Of a stretch of 64,000 nucleotides of DNA, positions 50,101 through 62,865 are shown piece by piece. Under the pieces are notes generated by a model, which was not told the origin of the DNA, did no database searches, and saw only the letters and a program-made list of their open reading frames with translations. Origin of the DNA: Antedon mediterranea (Eukaryota > Animalia > Echinodermata); contig NC_092671.1 of assembly GCF_964355755.1 (NCBI RefSeq), positions 16,988,001 through 17,052,000 of the forward strand. Direction: 5' to 3'. The position numbers and the translations under genes are program-made. Every line of letters begins with the position of its first letter. Positions within the stretch are counted from its first letter, which is position 1.

Positions 50101-53100
50101 AGATATACAATATACTTATGTTACTTGAAAATTCAATTACTTAAAAAAAGTGAATATAAAAACAACGACTGAATGTATTCTAATATGAATTTATTTCAGA
50201 ATATTCCCAAGGGCAAATATCTTTTGATCAGAAATGAAAACACACACACACATAAAATGATTGATTGATTGATTGATTGAAAACTGACTGATAAATAAGT
50301 AATCAGTAAAAAATGATTGATCTAAACTTAGGCAAACTGCTTACCATTAATCCCCACACCCCATTCAGTCGCAGAGCAGGGTTTAAATCCTCAGTAAGCC
50401 TACACAGAAGGTTTACAGCTCCAGCTTCTACTATCCTCTGAAAGATTAGTCAAAGAATAGCATATTTATATAGTCTTATTATTATTGACATAAGTATTGA
50501 CAAATGTAGACTATTCTTAAAACCTATTATAGAAAAACTATTGGTCAGATGTTTGGCCTATTCGAGGTAATTTGTACATATTGAGAGTAATTCTCTGGTG
50601 GAACTCTAATCAAAATCCTCCAGATCACTAGTCTAATTTTCATACTTCTAGACCACCATGCTTGCCCTGATGGGTAGGGGTTAGATTTGAGCCCAAGTAA
50701 GCAGCGGGCACATGCACCAATAGGATGATACTTATTACAACTACTGTGGAGTAGCTGCCTAACGCAAAGTTACACCACACCACAGTATTTATACAATTTA
50801 TTTCCTTTCTCTAGAATTCGCATGCTTCTTAAGAATGAAGTTTGTGTGAATTCATACCTCTTTGCTTGGTGAAAATTCCAACAATAAATTGCAGAGAGTG
50901 GAAGAAGCGACAACCAACACATCAGCGTTACCGGGTGAACTAAGCAACTGAAAATAAAATTCCATATGTTTTGCTTTTGCCATATTCTTATTATTTAATA
51001 TTTTCTCCACATTGTAATGACAAGGGGAACTGTCCAAAAACCAAATTCAATATCAATAATATGTTATTATTATATAGCGCATTTAAATGATTCACATTAT
51101 TACCGCGGTCATTTTTTATCGACCACGTATGGAAACATACTTCCATAATGTTGCATCTAGTAATCAGCGCAGTTTGTGCTTTGACCTTACCAACCAGGTA
51201 CCTACAGTATTTGTACACCTGGGTGGAGAGAGCCAAACATAAGTGTCTTGTCTAAGGATCCAAGTAATACAATGAGCATTGGAATTGAACTCCCGAACTT
51301 GCGATCATTTATAAGTATCAATAAAAACTACCGTTTCGGTGATCATATGACATGGTATAAAAAACAAAATATCTTTTAGCTTTAATATTTTTTAAATTAT
51401 GCTATTAATAAATGGAATAAATTGTTGTAAATTTTGTACCTCCATTAATGGTTTCCAGACTTCATGGTCTTTAAAACTTGTTCTCAGTTGTTGTACTGAA
51501 CGTGATAAACTATGCAAACACCTACAGTACAAACATTTTCAATAAGTTTTAAACTCTTCCACAATACAATCTCACTTTCAACACAAATTATATTTGTGTA
51601 AAATAAATATAAAAATATCTTCAAAAACAATGATGAGTTTAACTTACCTGGATAAACCACCAATAGTCTATTCTCCCCGAAGAGCGAGAATAACTTTTAA
51701 AATTAGAAAATAAACACCCCCATGGTGTAGTCCATGAACCACGCCCATAAGCCATCATTATTTTCTTTTCGAGTTATAACTTACATAGTGTATTTTCTGT
51801 TTATTCAGGTAAGCTAGGCACGAAGATAGACTAGAATATTTATTTTTCTATCTGACCATCTTACCTAACTGCTGCCAGTTGTACTTTAGTGTTGTTATCA
51901 GCCAGGCCTAGCTCAATCTCCTCCATTAAATTTTCAGTCTGAATTATCTGAAACAAGCAACAAAACTTTATTTTTTAGAAAGATTCTATTCTATAAAAGT
52001 TTTTATATGGCGCCCTACAAAGAACAGAGTGCCTAACAATACTAAGTAATTAATTAAAAAGAAAAGTTTTAAGTTGCCGAATTCGCTCCTCTCAAATCAA
52101 AGACAATTTAATAATAATTAAAATATCCTAGATCTCATACATGCTTAATATATTTTATACATAACACAATATGCACTGTCAGGATTTTAACACAGTGGTA
52201 CTAAGGGGAAGAAAATGTTCTTCATTCAATAAAATAATTACTTTTTTGCGAATATCTTCATCGTTTGCTCCAAGGGATGCAAATACTTTGAATGCAGCTT
52301 GCTTTAGATTGGAAACATCTTTGCTATTCATACTCTAAAAATACAAAACAAAGCCAATAATTTAATCGGTCTATGCATTTTTAGCATAAATAAATTAAAT
52401 ATTAGTTATTTTTGTACTATAAAACACAACTCCACAACTAAAATCAATATCTAAGGCTAAAATATTATCTTTGCCAGTTCATTTATACATTTTCCTTTTT
52501 TGAAATTCTGGAAATCATGCCTTCAATCAAATTATCCATCATCTATGGTGTGCCATCATTGCAAAAAATGTTTAGAAATTATACACTATATATATGCATT
52601 ATAGTACAATGTTATTTTTATAAATTTATACTTTCACTTACAGTGTTTACACTTTTTGTGCACTGATCTTCATTCACTTTTAAGTATGTTGCTAATGTTG
52701 TGATGAGATGGTCTGTGAAACTGGCTGTCCATTGCAAGTCCAGGTCTTCTTCAATAAGATAGGCTAGTGTCTCGGCGCCCTCAACACGCTCCTCGGTCGT
52801 CATGTCTTTCTTGCACATTCGAACCAATGTAGGTAGAGCCTGAGAATATTACAATTAATTGTTGCTGTAAAGCTCTGTCTACACTATCAAACTAGTTTGA
52901 CAAAAAAAGTGTGCCCAAATATGGTAGTGATATGCTCAAATATGGTAGTGATGACATCCATATATTATATGGGCATGTCACATTTTTTTTCACATAACGT
53001 TTGATGGCTTTAGTTATGGGTCACATACTTGCTGTTGATGTGGAAAGCAATGAGGGAAAACTTGTTTGTTCATGAATGTTGTCTGGTTTCTGTGTACTGT

Positions 53101-56100
53101 ACATGTAAACTGACAAGCATCAGCTTCTTTTGGTGCTATTGAGCGTTTTAATTGTGAATTGTATAAAAAAAAAAAAAAAAATTACTTTCTATATAATCTT
53201 TGAAATGTCTGTACACTTCTGAAGTGTTGTTAAATGTATTTATATTATTAAATTTAAAAATAAGAAATGAAAAAACTTTTTAGTTCAGAATATAAGGTGA
53301 ATGACTGAAATAGATGTACAGAAGTTGATCCAGGAGAAGCAGGCACCCTTTTTAAGTTCACCCAACCACACATGGATGCATCCCTGACATAATCATTGTT
53401 ATTAAAACAGCAGGGATCTATCAACTTTTATAATAACAATATGTGGTCATTAACCATTGCTTTATAAACAAAATTGGTTGGAGTCAGTGAAAAAATAGAT
53501 TATGTTCCCATACTAGCGATTGCAATACAATTTCCTCAACTAAATGTTAAACATACCCTCATAGGAATAATGTCGGTATCAGGTCGAAGAGCTCCAACTT
53601 TACGAATGTAACTCAAACTGAAAAAAAAGTATAGAAAGACATTGAGTTTTCCAGATTTGTTTTGGGCAGAATGGTATATTATTTTTCTTTCTTGTAGCAT
53701 AATAATATGCCTTACCATTTTGCTGCAGTGAGTTGCATTTTCACTGGCTTGTTCCTTGCAAGAAGACTGTTAAAATGATGGTACAGTGGTTCTCCATTGT
53801 ATGATGCTGAAAAGAAAGACACAGGTGGTTAAACCAAACAAAATACTGTTTTTCAATATAGGTTTAAAAATGAAATTTATTCTTTCTAGCAGATAATTAG
53901 GTGATCATTTAGAATAAAATGATCACCTATTGTTATTGTATAAAATCTTTATTAGGTGATCATTTAGAGTCACGTTATAAAAATGATCACCTATAATTCA
54001 TTGAAGTGACGAATTAAATTCTAGTTTCTATATTATGATTATCAATTAGTGACACTCTTCCAACAATAACAAAAACTCCTGGTACTAAACTATGATTTGA
54101 CATTTGACCGCAGAATCCTGGGATTGGGAAGTAAGGTACAACAACAAAACAAACATTTTTCTAACCTGATGCAACTCTTGATGACACTTGTTGATTCTCG
54201 TAACACATCGCAGCAAAACAACAAAGGGCTGGCAACTGAACCTGAATAATACATTTTTAAAAGGAAAATTGAAAAAGGGTTTGTTCCAGTTCCAGCAAAT
54301 ATATTGATAAAAAAAGGAATTGTATTCCAAACATTTGTGTCATAAAATAATAATTTCAATGTTCTGGTATTCAACCAAATAACAACATCAACAACAATTA
54401 TAACATAACAATTTGGCTATTAACAGTGTGTTGGATGTTAAACTACTGATCGTGAGATCATAGGTTCAAATCAAATGCTTGTAGCATTTCTTGTATCCTT
54501 AAGCTTTGTCTACACTATCAAATTTTATGTGACAAAACTGTGCCAATTACTTTGACATTATGGAAGTATGTTTCAATACATGTTTGATCTGAATTAACCA
54601 GGGTAACAATATGTACAGAACTTATAAATTTAGGATATTATACTTATAATAATAATGTTCAAGTCACAGACGACATTTACCTTCGGTACATTACTTGACA
54701 GGAGTGGCGACAGTGCCTGAACCGATCCATGTTGAAGTAAAATCAGTTGATGCTCATGGGTCTAAAGAGATAAATTGAGATATAATGTATATAAAAAAAT
54801 ATCAATTTATAAAATAGGAAATCTGTGGAAGGCAATCATTGGCAAAAATACAATTACAAACATACAATGTTTGTTTGTTTGTTTCATTTATTTATTTTCC
54901 ACACTAAAAAAGAACAGATATTTATACTTTAGAAAAAAAAAAAAGAAAACAATGTGTGAAAGGAGATCAAAAAAAGTAAAAAATACTTTAAGCATTGACC
55001 ACCAGTAAGCAGTTGTCAACATGACAAGGAAACTAATAACTCTAAAATATTGACAAAAACAAATATTAAAAAATAATTATAATAACATTGAATGTTATCA
55101 AATAATTATGCCATAAAAATTAAAACTAACTAATACAAGGTTATTTACTATAATATCAACAATAACAGATTTTTAAAAAAAAGATAAATTATGAAATGTA
55201 GTCGTTAATGAGTGATTTCTTAAAGGTGATTTTAAAACTGGCTATGAATTTCTTAGATTTTAGCTGAATTGGTAGTTCCCATAATTTGGGGCCAATATAT
55301 AGTATTCGTGGAAATACACAATGTACTCCTTTTCTGCGACTATGTTGCATGTTTCTGCGAGTATATATTTTCACAAATACATTGTATGTTAGTAATTATA
55401 TTTTTGGCGGTGTTTGCCTTTCAAAGAATTACATCAAAGAGAACAGACATTAAAAAAACAATAGTCAGACCAAGAATAATTACCACATACGGTAAAAGAC
55501 AATATTATAATACAATGCTTTGGTCGTTCTGTTTTTACTTTCGGAAGGAAACATTCTTTTACTTGTCTTAAATTGTATCTAGATTTAGGCGATATTGGCA
55601 AAATATGGTGTAGTCTATGGAAAGGGTGTTTGAGTTTCTGAAAGTAATCCTTGCACAGTCTAGTTCGGCATTCACAAAGCACAGCACACTGGGCCATAGC
55701 TTTGTTGTAGCTGAGCTCTAGAAACATCATTCATTCATTCAGAGTGCTTGTGCTGGGGAAAATGAGCCCTTGTAATTAATCATAGGCCTAGTGAAATCAT
55801 CTTCCTGCAGATGTTACCAACAGTCTAATTCTGGCCATTTATTAAATTTACCTTACAACAGTGGGCCAAAATACTCGCAACATTTTCTTGCGTAGATAAT
55901 GATCTTGAAAGTAACTGTATCAAATGCGGTATGATAGTTGCATCCTGAAAAGAACAATAATAAAACTATTTTGTTTTGGTTTTTGAACTGATAACGTAGT
56001 TATGATAACAAACAGAATAACTTGTATTCCTTTCTATAGTAAGAAAACAATTAATAAATAAATTGACAAATTTACCTCGTACAAAATATTGATTGGAGCA

Positions 56101-59100
56101 ACAGGGCTTGTGAATATCAAACGTAGAAATCTAAGACATGCTTCAACTAGCTTCAAATCTGAATGGGCCAATCCTAGATAAACAATACAACAATCAAAAT
56201 GTTATTGTATATGTTTTCCACTTTATAGAAATATTTAAATTTATTTCATAGATAAAAATTTAGTTTCTTTATTTTCAGTGGTAAGTTAACTTGTGACTTT
56301 TTTTAGTGTATAAAAAGCAATTTTGCCCTTGATTATGATATGAAATTCCCAGTTATTATCTATTTATTTAAGATGTATTGTCCCCCAAAAACATTAACAA
56401 TGGTATTAATTAAATCAGACTTTGAATATGTAATTTTGTAGTGTTAATAAAGTTAATTGATTCCGTAGAAGAAAAACGGTAAAAAATTTTGATTTCACTT
56501 ATAAAAAGACAAAATAAATTCAACCAGAATCCCACTGGCTGGCAGCAAATTTTACAATTTTTTGCTTTAAATTACGTTTTTTTTTCAGATAAATATATTT
56601 TTTGTCGATCCAATTTTGGTCAAGGTGGATAACTATTATGTGAGATTAAATGGCATATTCAACAACAAAAAGTGTATAAATTATTTTTCAGGGGGACAAT
56701 AAATTTTTAAAAATGTATTTTTTCTTTATTTTCAGTAGTTTTTTTCTGTATAAAAAGCAACTTGATTATGATATTAAATTATAATTTAAAATATTTTAAT
56801 ATCAAGCAACTGACCACGAAGAGCAACGGGCAAGGCACCATCTTCTACCAGTGCTCGTCTGTTTGCTTCTCCTCCTCTTGCTAGGGTTCCAAGAACCACA
56901 GCACATTCCACAAGGATTTTAGCCGGCATGGTCTCATTACCCAACAGTTGCAGAAGTCTGTTAAAAATTTATATTAAATACATTATTAATATTATTATTA
57001 TTATTATACGAGTCATTGGTTTTGTTTAAAAGGATATTTAATATGGAGTTTTACTGGTTCTCCAGATATAGAGTTTTGACTCTTTGACATTTGCATACAT
57101 AATGCAAAGAGGACTTTCTCAGACCCACCCTAACATTTGACCACAAGATACACCCATGCTCCTTTTTACTAATAATTAGTGCACTTTATTGTATGACCCA
57201 CTATACGACCCCTGGGAGAGGTGTGTCATGGGTGCATCATTTATAAATAGTTATTGACGCAGTGGTGCGTAAAAAAAAAATAGATTGTACATCACATCAA
57301 TGCGCAATGGTGTGTCAATGTTACTTTACCACCCACCATATTATGAACAACATGGTCAAAACGAGTGCGTCATGGTCACCTAACTAAAGGTAAGTCACAT
57401 TTTTTATGTAGGGGTGTGTCATGGTATTCATAAGGTATGAAGCACATCGGACAAATGGCACACCTCTCCCAGGGGTAGCATAGTGGGTCATTCAACTGAC
57501 ATGTGCATAAATGGAGAGTAGCCGGCTCTCACAACAATTGAAAGCACACAATTCCACTGTATGAATAGAGTGAAAGGAACCTACCTCGGAACAGCACCAC
57601 ATAACATAATCACTGTCTTTTGCTTGTTGCTTCCAATCACCAAATTTTTAACTTGGCTGAAAAAAAAATGTTGCCACACCGCACATTTACATTTACATAC
57701 TCTATTTGCAATATTTGTGTACAAAATAATGGGATTTTACTGGTTAATTTGAACTATCCTCCAATTGATAAGAAAGTGATTCTCTTTTAAAATCATGTTT
57801 AGGGTCACTCTCTATAACCTAGGTTAAATAAAAACTAACCAATAAATGCATTCCACTGACAGTTTTAGCCCTATATTATAGTTTTTCTTTTGGTGTTCCA
57901 TAGAAATGAAAATATTAAACATAGAGTATGTAAAATTTTCGAACAGTTTGTGAGAAACACATCACTAAAAGTAATCTATTTAAAGGATTTATTTGTTACT
58001 TTTTATGCGATTCTCCTAGCTAGGTCTATTTCTGTGTGTGTGGTATTCATGATATAGTTAGAAACAAATTTGGGGTTGAAAAAAAGACAGGCTGGTGCGA
58101 AACAGAACTAGCACCGTATTATATGCATCATATGGACAGTTTGTCTATAAATTGTATCTCAGAATTAACTCACCGAATATTACACAACAACTGCTGTTGA
58201 TCATTAACATGAAGATTGTCAACATAATGTTGCCCTGTAGCAATGTCCTGAAAATATTTTTTAAATAATTAAATTGTTTTATGTCAATGTTCATTATTAC
58301 AGTATTAATTATTTGTCAATTAAAATCAAAAAGGGGATGGACAGCAATTGTTATTTCTTCTGTTTTTACATAAGATTAATAAATAAATGAGGAGGGATGC
58401 AACTACTTTAAAAAAGTATATGAACAATAATAATAATAATGCGCTGCTCTTAACATTGATTTGGTCCAATAAAACGTATCGGGAATTAATTTTTGTACAG
58501 TACACTATCTTAAGAAAATAATAAATATATGAGAACAATATACACACCAAACAAATTACACAAACGAACAATAAATTAATTAAACAAAACCAAATTATCT
58601 AGTAATGGTGTTGTTGACTGCTGTAATTGACTTCGGGATAAATGATTTGGAATAACGGGTTGTTCACACGGTGGGATTGAAGTCGGATTAATGATGGAAG
58701 AAAATTATATTCTTTAAAGAGGGGATGAAAAGGTAAGTTTTTCATTCATTGTCATAGACCTAGAGGCTAGTGAAAAGAAGAAAATCATTTTGCAAGTGAA
58801 GCATGTATTAATGCCTAGAGCTAGTAGTAGGGGCCTACTCTTCTGTGGCTGGGCCTAGCTAGAGGTCTCAGTCTAGGCTAGCAAGCAAAAGGCTAGGCCT
58901 AGCCTTAGGCTTAATTTAATATTTTACACAAACAACAAATAAATTAAAATTATAAATAATAAATTATGAAATTTTGGTCCTGTACTTAAGAGACATTTCT
59001 ATTAATTATGTTTACTACATTATTGCTAGGATAGTATCAAGTAAGTATTAAAAAAGAAAACTAACTAAAATACTATACTAAGCTAAGCCCAGGATTAACG

Positions 59101-59266
59101 TCTCTCTAGCCTCTCCGACTATTTACTCCACCAGGAGTCGGTTTGCAGCCTCAAGGCTCGCGTACAAAAGGCTCAAGTAGGCTGGCCTAGCCTAGCTTCA
59201 TTGACATTAGCAACTGTTAAAACTCCCTAATTTATTGTATGTCAGCAAGATTATTTATCTTACCAT
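47181..59266 (-). CDS. ARMC8: Armadillo repeat-containing protein 8 (GID5, CTLH/GID E3 ligase subunit), 21 coding exons, ~659 aa
   Basis: Exons on -: 59266-59264 (ATG only), 58247-58174, 57656-57585, 56957-56815, 56173-56076, 55944-55852, 54761-54681, 54241-54166, 53806-53716, 53617-53557, 52839-52642, 52334-52242, 51947-51865, 51521-51440, 50947-50858, 50437-50345, 49850-49701, 49032-48937, 48600-48505, 47882-47716, 47220-47181. Phases are consistent; total 1980 nt. Hallmarks: [113 protein letters not shown]. Confidence 0.94.
47391..47701. mobile_element. MITE family C in the last intron of ARMC8
   Basis: TIR atgtcaattgtatgac / gtcatacaattgacat; homologous to 57188-57502. Confidence 0.75.
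47716..47882 (-). CDS. ARMC8: ARMC8 exon 20 (ends at a GC donor)
   Basis: [42 protein letters not shown]...LER; donor ag|gcaag. Confidence 0.9.
48293..48458. mobile_element. MITE family D copy
   Basis: taagcttcttcctcactagaatgcaac...agtgtgggatccaagcttta. Confidence 0.5.
48764..48845. repeat. ~27-bp repeat, 3 copies
   Basis: taattgctttagaagccaacatt occurs three times. Confidence 0.8.
48937..49032 (-). CDS. ARMC8: ARMC8 exon 18
   Basis: [32 protein letters not shown]. Confidence 0.92.
49262..49560 (+). mobile_element. tRNA-derived SINE remnant with a Deu/Meta-like central domain
   Basis: A-box-like tggccaagctg, B-box gttcgaggc, then cttctcggataagg..taaagaacctagtaca..gtagggttaccc. Confidence 0.5.
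49701..49850 (-). CDS. ARMC8: ARMC8 exon 17
   Basis: [15 protein letters not shown]...[16 protein letters not shown]. Confidence 0.94.
50858..50947 (-). CDS. ARMC8: ARMC8 exon 15
   Basis: [30 protein letters not shown]. Confidence 0.95.
51165..51308 (-). mobile_element. CORE-type SINE remnant
   Basis: Reverse complement reads gggagttcaattcc..ccttagacaagacactta..ctctctccacccaggtgtacaaat..aggtacctgg. Confidence 0.55.
51440..51521 (-). CDS. ARMC8: ARMC8 exon 14
   Basis: [27 protein letters not shown]. Confidence 0.95.
52642..52839 (-). CDS. ARMC8: ARMC8 exon 11
   Basis: [36 protein letters not shown]. Confidence 0.93.
52868..53012. mobile_element. MITE family A copy
   Basis: agctctgtctacactatcaaactagtttgac...; right TIR is eroded. 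Confidence 0.75.
54420..54545. mobile_element. SINE head interrupted by a MITE family A fragment
   Basis: gatcgtgagatcataggttcaaatc (B-box-like) ... tatccttaag followed by ctttgtctacactatcaaa. Confidence 0.45.
55150..55730 (-). mobile_element. Two degraded CR1/L2-clade LINE ORF2 3' fragments
   Basis: [24 protein letters not shown] and [20 protein letters not shown] resemble C-terminal motifs of CR1/L2-group ORF2. Confidence 0.6.
56371..56706. mobile_element. MITE family B (TIR AGATGTATTGTCCCCC)
   Basis: Colinear with 62518-62865; a further degenerate inverted copy lies near 46265-46510. Confidence 0.75.
56815..56957 (-). CDS. ARMC8: ARMC8 exon 4
   Basis: [47 protein letters not shown]. Confidence 0.9.
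57188..57502. mobile_element. MITE family C copy
   Basis: tgtatgacccacta..ccctgggagaggtgtgtc ... cacctctcccagggg..tagtgggtcattcaactgacat; long inverted arms. Confidence 0.75.
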
Positions 59267-61595
59267 GTTTCAATACTACTTCTTGGTTGTGTATATCTTA
59301 TTAAATCAGTACATATTACGATAAACAAGAGTATTACACTGCAAGAATTACAATAGTTACAAAACTATTGGAACCACGAGATCAAGGACAAGTTCAGTTT
59401 TCTGAATTGCAGCGACATCTATAGTTAGGCCAAAGAATATATCACAAGAATGAGTAATCCGCGATTTTCCCTGTAACAGTAATATTGTCCATGTGGTAGG
59501 GCGCCGCCATAAGTGTGGATGTATCTGGGATGTATACAACTTTTTGTGACGGTTTCACTAATCAAAAGCTGGACCACCAGTAGTATTTTCATGATAAAAA
59601 ATGTTATCAACTACATGCCAACATCATGTTAAATACTATTTGGATATTTAATTGTTCGTTTTATGCAATTTATTTAGTAAAAACTGCCGTATAAACAGTT
59701 TGCTTTATCAACCGGGCGCTACAATAGCGTGACCGGGCGTGTTGGTGTTTACGCGTTTTCACGTAGGATAGTTTAATAATATTCCTATATTTAACTTGTT
59801 TCTGGTAAAACAAATAAATGTTAATGACATTTAACATTTTTTCCTATTAATAACATGTATTTTATACTAATTTATATCATAAAAACAATACTTAATTTAC
59901 CGGGCGTAGAGTAGTACACGGGTAATGGTAAAGAATAGGCCGTGCTGAGTAACGATTCGTTGACTTTTGGTGTTGCTGTGTTAGGCCTTTTTTGTGAACT
60001 AACTTAGCATGTTAGTAAATAATTGTCTGTAAAAGTGAATGTACACTAGTTTGTTAATAAATATGTATTATAAAATAGTTTACAATTGCAAAACTATTAT
60101 CATAATTCTATTTAATGTGACATGTATAATATCTATTAAATCAAGTCTTATTTAGTATGTATACATCCGCCCTTATGAGGGCGGGCATCACTCTCTGGAG
60201 CTCTCTGTTAGTGTTACAAATTTTTCATGCAAAAATCGCGGAATACTCATTCTTGTGATATATATTCTTTGGTTAGGCCTATTATCAGGCTACTAGCCCT
60301 GCAGCTCTCTCTCCTCCTCTCTCTATCTCGACAATTTTCTACATGATGAAAAATGTCAGTAGTGTAATAGTGCGCATGCGTATACATTTAAAAGGTTTAG
60401 GTTTTTCATTTCAAGATTATTTTTCGTATTCTTCATTCTGTTGATATATAATATAATGTATTTATATTCATATAGGCCTAAATCATGAGTAAGTTAGTAA
60501 CTCACATTCTACACCCATAACTTTGTGGATATCGTGCGAGTAAAACACATCTCCTTATCATATAGATTAACACTACCACCCGGCGTTGAATAAGTCACGG
60601 ATGACAAAAAAAGAGATGAGAACGTTGACAGAAATAACTGTTTTAAATTGTTGGCCGGGTTTGAGAAGATATCGACTAGAGGTTTACATAGAAGTTCTTA
60701 ATTGCCTAAAATGATTCACTTGGCCCCAATAAACAATTATTATAGGTTAATTTGGCCTATCTATTGAGTTTTTCAATAAGTTCCATGACCTATCTATTTA
60801 AATTACTCATTTCTCGGTGCATTAATTTAACTATACACTAGTAACATGATACTTTAGGCATAATTATTGTGAAAGAAGAAAAAAAAAGTAAAAAAGATTG
60901 GTTAGTGTAATGAGTGTAACACAAAATGAGTAGGCCTAGGCCCTAATGAAAAAAACGGATTGGAAAAACGAAGAAACAGGTGATTGTGATATTTTGTAAA
61001 CGTACGCATAAGATGCGATAAAATAACACACTCTAGAGGAAACGTATCATTAATATTATAAATAAGAGGGGAAATTGTTGTTTTTTTTTTACTTTTATTT
61101 AACGAATCTAATAAAATTGGAAACAAACTTAAACTCAATCTTTTAAGGGACAGAAGCTGCTTTCTGAAAAAAAGTTATAGTAATTTGTAATTATAGTAAA
61201 TTATAGTTTCATTTCTTTGCACGAAAATATTCTGCACATAATTCTTAGGCAAAATCATAGATAATGTGTTTATAATGAAAACATATCCCTCGGTGCCTGC
61301 CTTTAGAGCCTACATATTTTCTTGTGTAAGTCTATACAATTAAAGCTCCCCAGAAATTGTTGAAATAAACTGTACTAGGCCTATAACACGAAGCCGAATC
61401 TAGCAGATGAGACTACATTCAACAATCCACACCATCCTTCAGTTCCAAATTGTTGTAAGGTTAACATGAGAGCAAATGGTCACAGTGAACTGACGATGAC
61501 GGAGATATTTCGATTTATACGTTCAAGCTCATTGGTTGTCTTTTCCATAATTGAGAACAATTCGGCTTGTCGACACGTTTTCACACACAAGGGGT

Positions 61596-62116
61596 AATCG
61601 CAAATTGCACTTACACATTCATTATCATGTTAACATTCACAATTTATCGAATATTATTACATACATTTCACAGTTTAGTTGTTCTGAAGGCATGCTGATG
61701 CGAACAAAATCCAACTTATACATTATACAATGTAATAATCGTAGTTATTTAATGAATAAATAATAGTTGATAAATTATTGATAATTAGTAACTATACATT
61801 GCTATTTATAAAATAATTACAATACTTGTTTTTCTTCGGCAAATCGAGTTTATCAATCGCAAATTGCACTTACACATTCATTATCATGTTAACATTCACA
61901 ATTTATCGAATATTATTACATACATTTCACAGTTTAGTTGTTCTGAAGGCATGCTGATGCGAACAAAATCCAACTTATACATTATACAATGTAATAATCG
62001 TAGTTATTTAATGAATAAATAATAGTTGATAAATTATTGATAATTAGTAACTATACATTGCTATTTATAAAATAATTACAATACTTGTTTTTCTTCGGCA
62101 AATCGAGTTTATCAAT
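61596..62116. repeat. Apparently perfect tandem duplication of 259 bp
   Basis: aatcgcaaattgcacttacac...gagtttatc starts at 61596 and again at 61855. Confidence 0.95.
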
Positions 62117-62517
62117 GATTTAGTATAAACTGAATCTCTTGGTAAATTTGCTAGATCTTCGATTAAACTTCATATCTAATGTTGCTACTTATCGCATGTT
62201 TCAGAAATCTGTCTACTAAAAAAGACCAGATTAATAATAACGAGAAATGCTCTTCGAAAAATAAGCCGATATGGATTCTGTTCCCCCAATGGTAGTTATG
62301 CAGCCCCTCAGCAGATTTCACAGGGGTGGGGAAGAACACTCTCTACGTAAATTATTAGGGCCTATAGTTATATTTCGACTGTACAGATACATACAGGTCA
62401 TGAAACATCATCAAGTTCATTTAATTGTCCAATATTGTTTCTGATGCCAGTGGATGTCAATCATTTGCGTTCATTCTGCCAGAATCCTAATAAACATTTC
62501 TGCATTCCTTTTGTTAA

Positions 62518-62865
62518 AGATGTATTGTCCCCCAAAAACATGAAAAATGAAGATCAATTAAATCAGACTTTGAATATGTTATTTTGTAGTTTTAATAAAG
62601 TTAATCCTTTCCATAGGAAAAAAAAACGAAAAAAAAAATGTTTTCACTTGTAAAATGACAAAATAAATGGTTACATTCAACCAAAAATCCATTGGCTGGC
62701 AGCCAATTTGATCATTTTTTGCTTTAAATTACATTTTTTCAGGTAAATACATTTTTTTTTCGATCCAATTTTTGGTAAAAAAAGTAGATAACTATTATGT
62801 TACATTAAAATGGAATATTCAACAAAAATTGTTAAGAATTATTTTTTCAGGGGGACAATACATCT
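62518..62865. mobile_element. MITE family B, full-length (Kolobok-like, TTAA target)
   Basis: ttaa|AGATGTATTGTCCCCC ... GGGGGACAATACATCT|tgaa; perfect 16-bp TIR. Confidence 0.85.
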
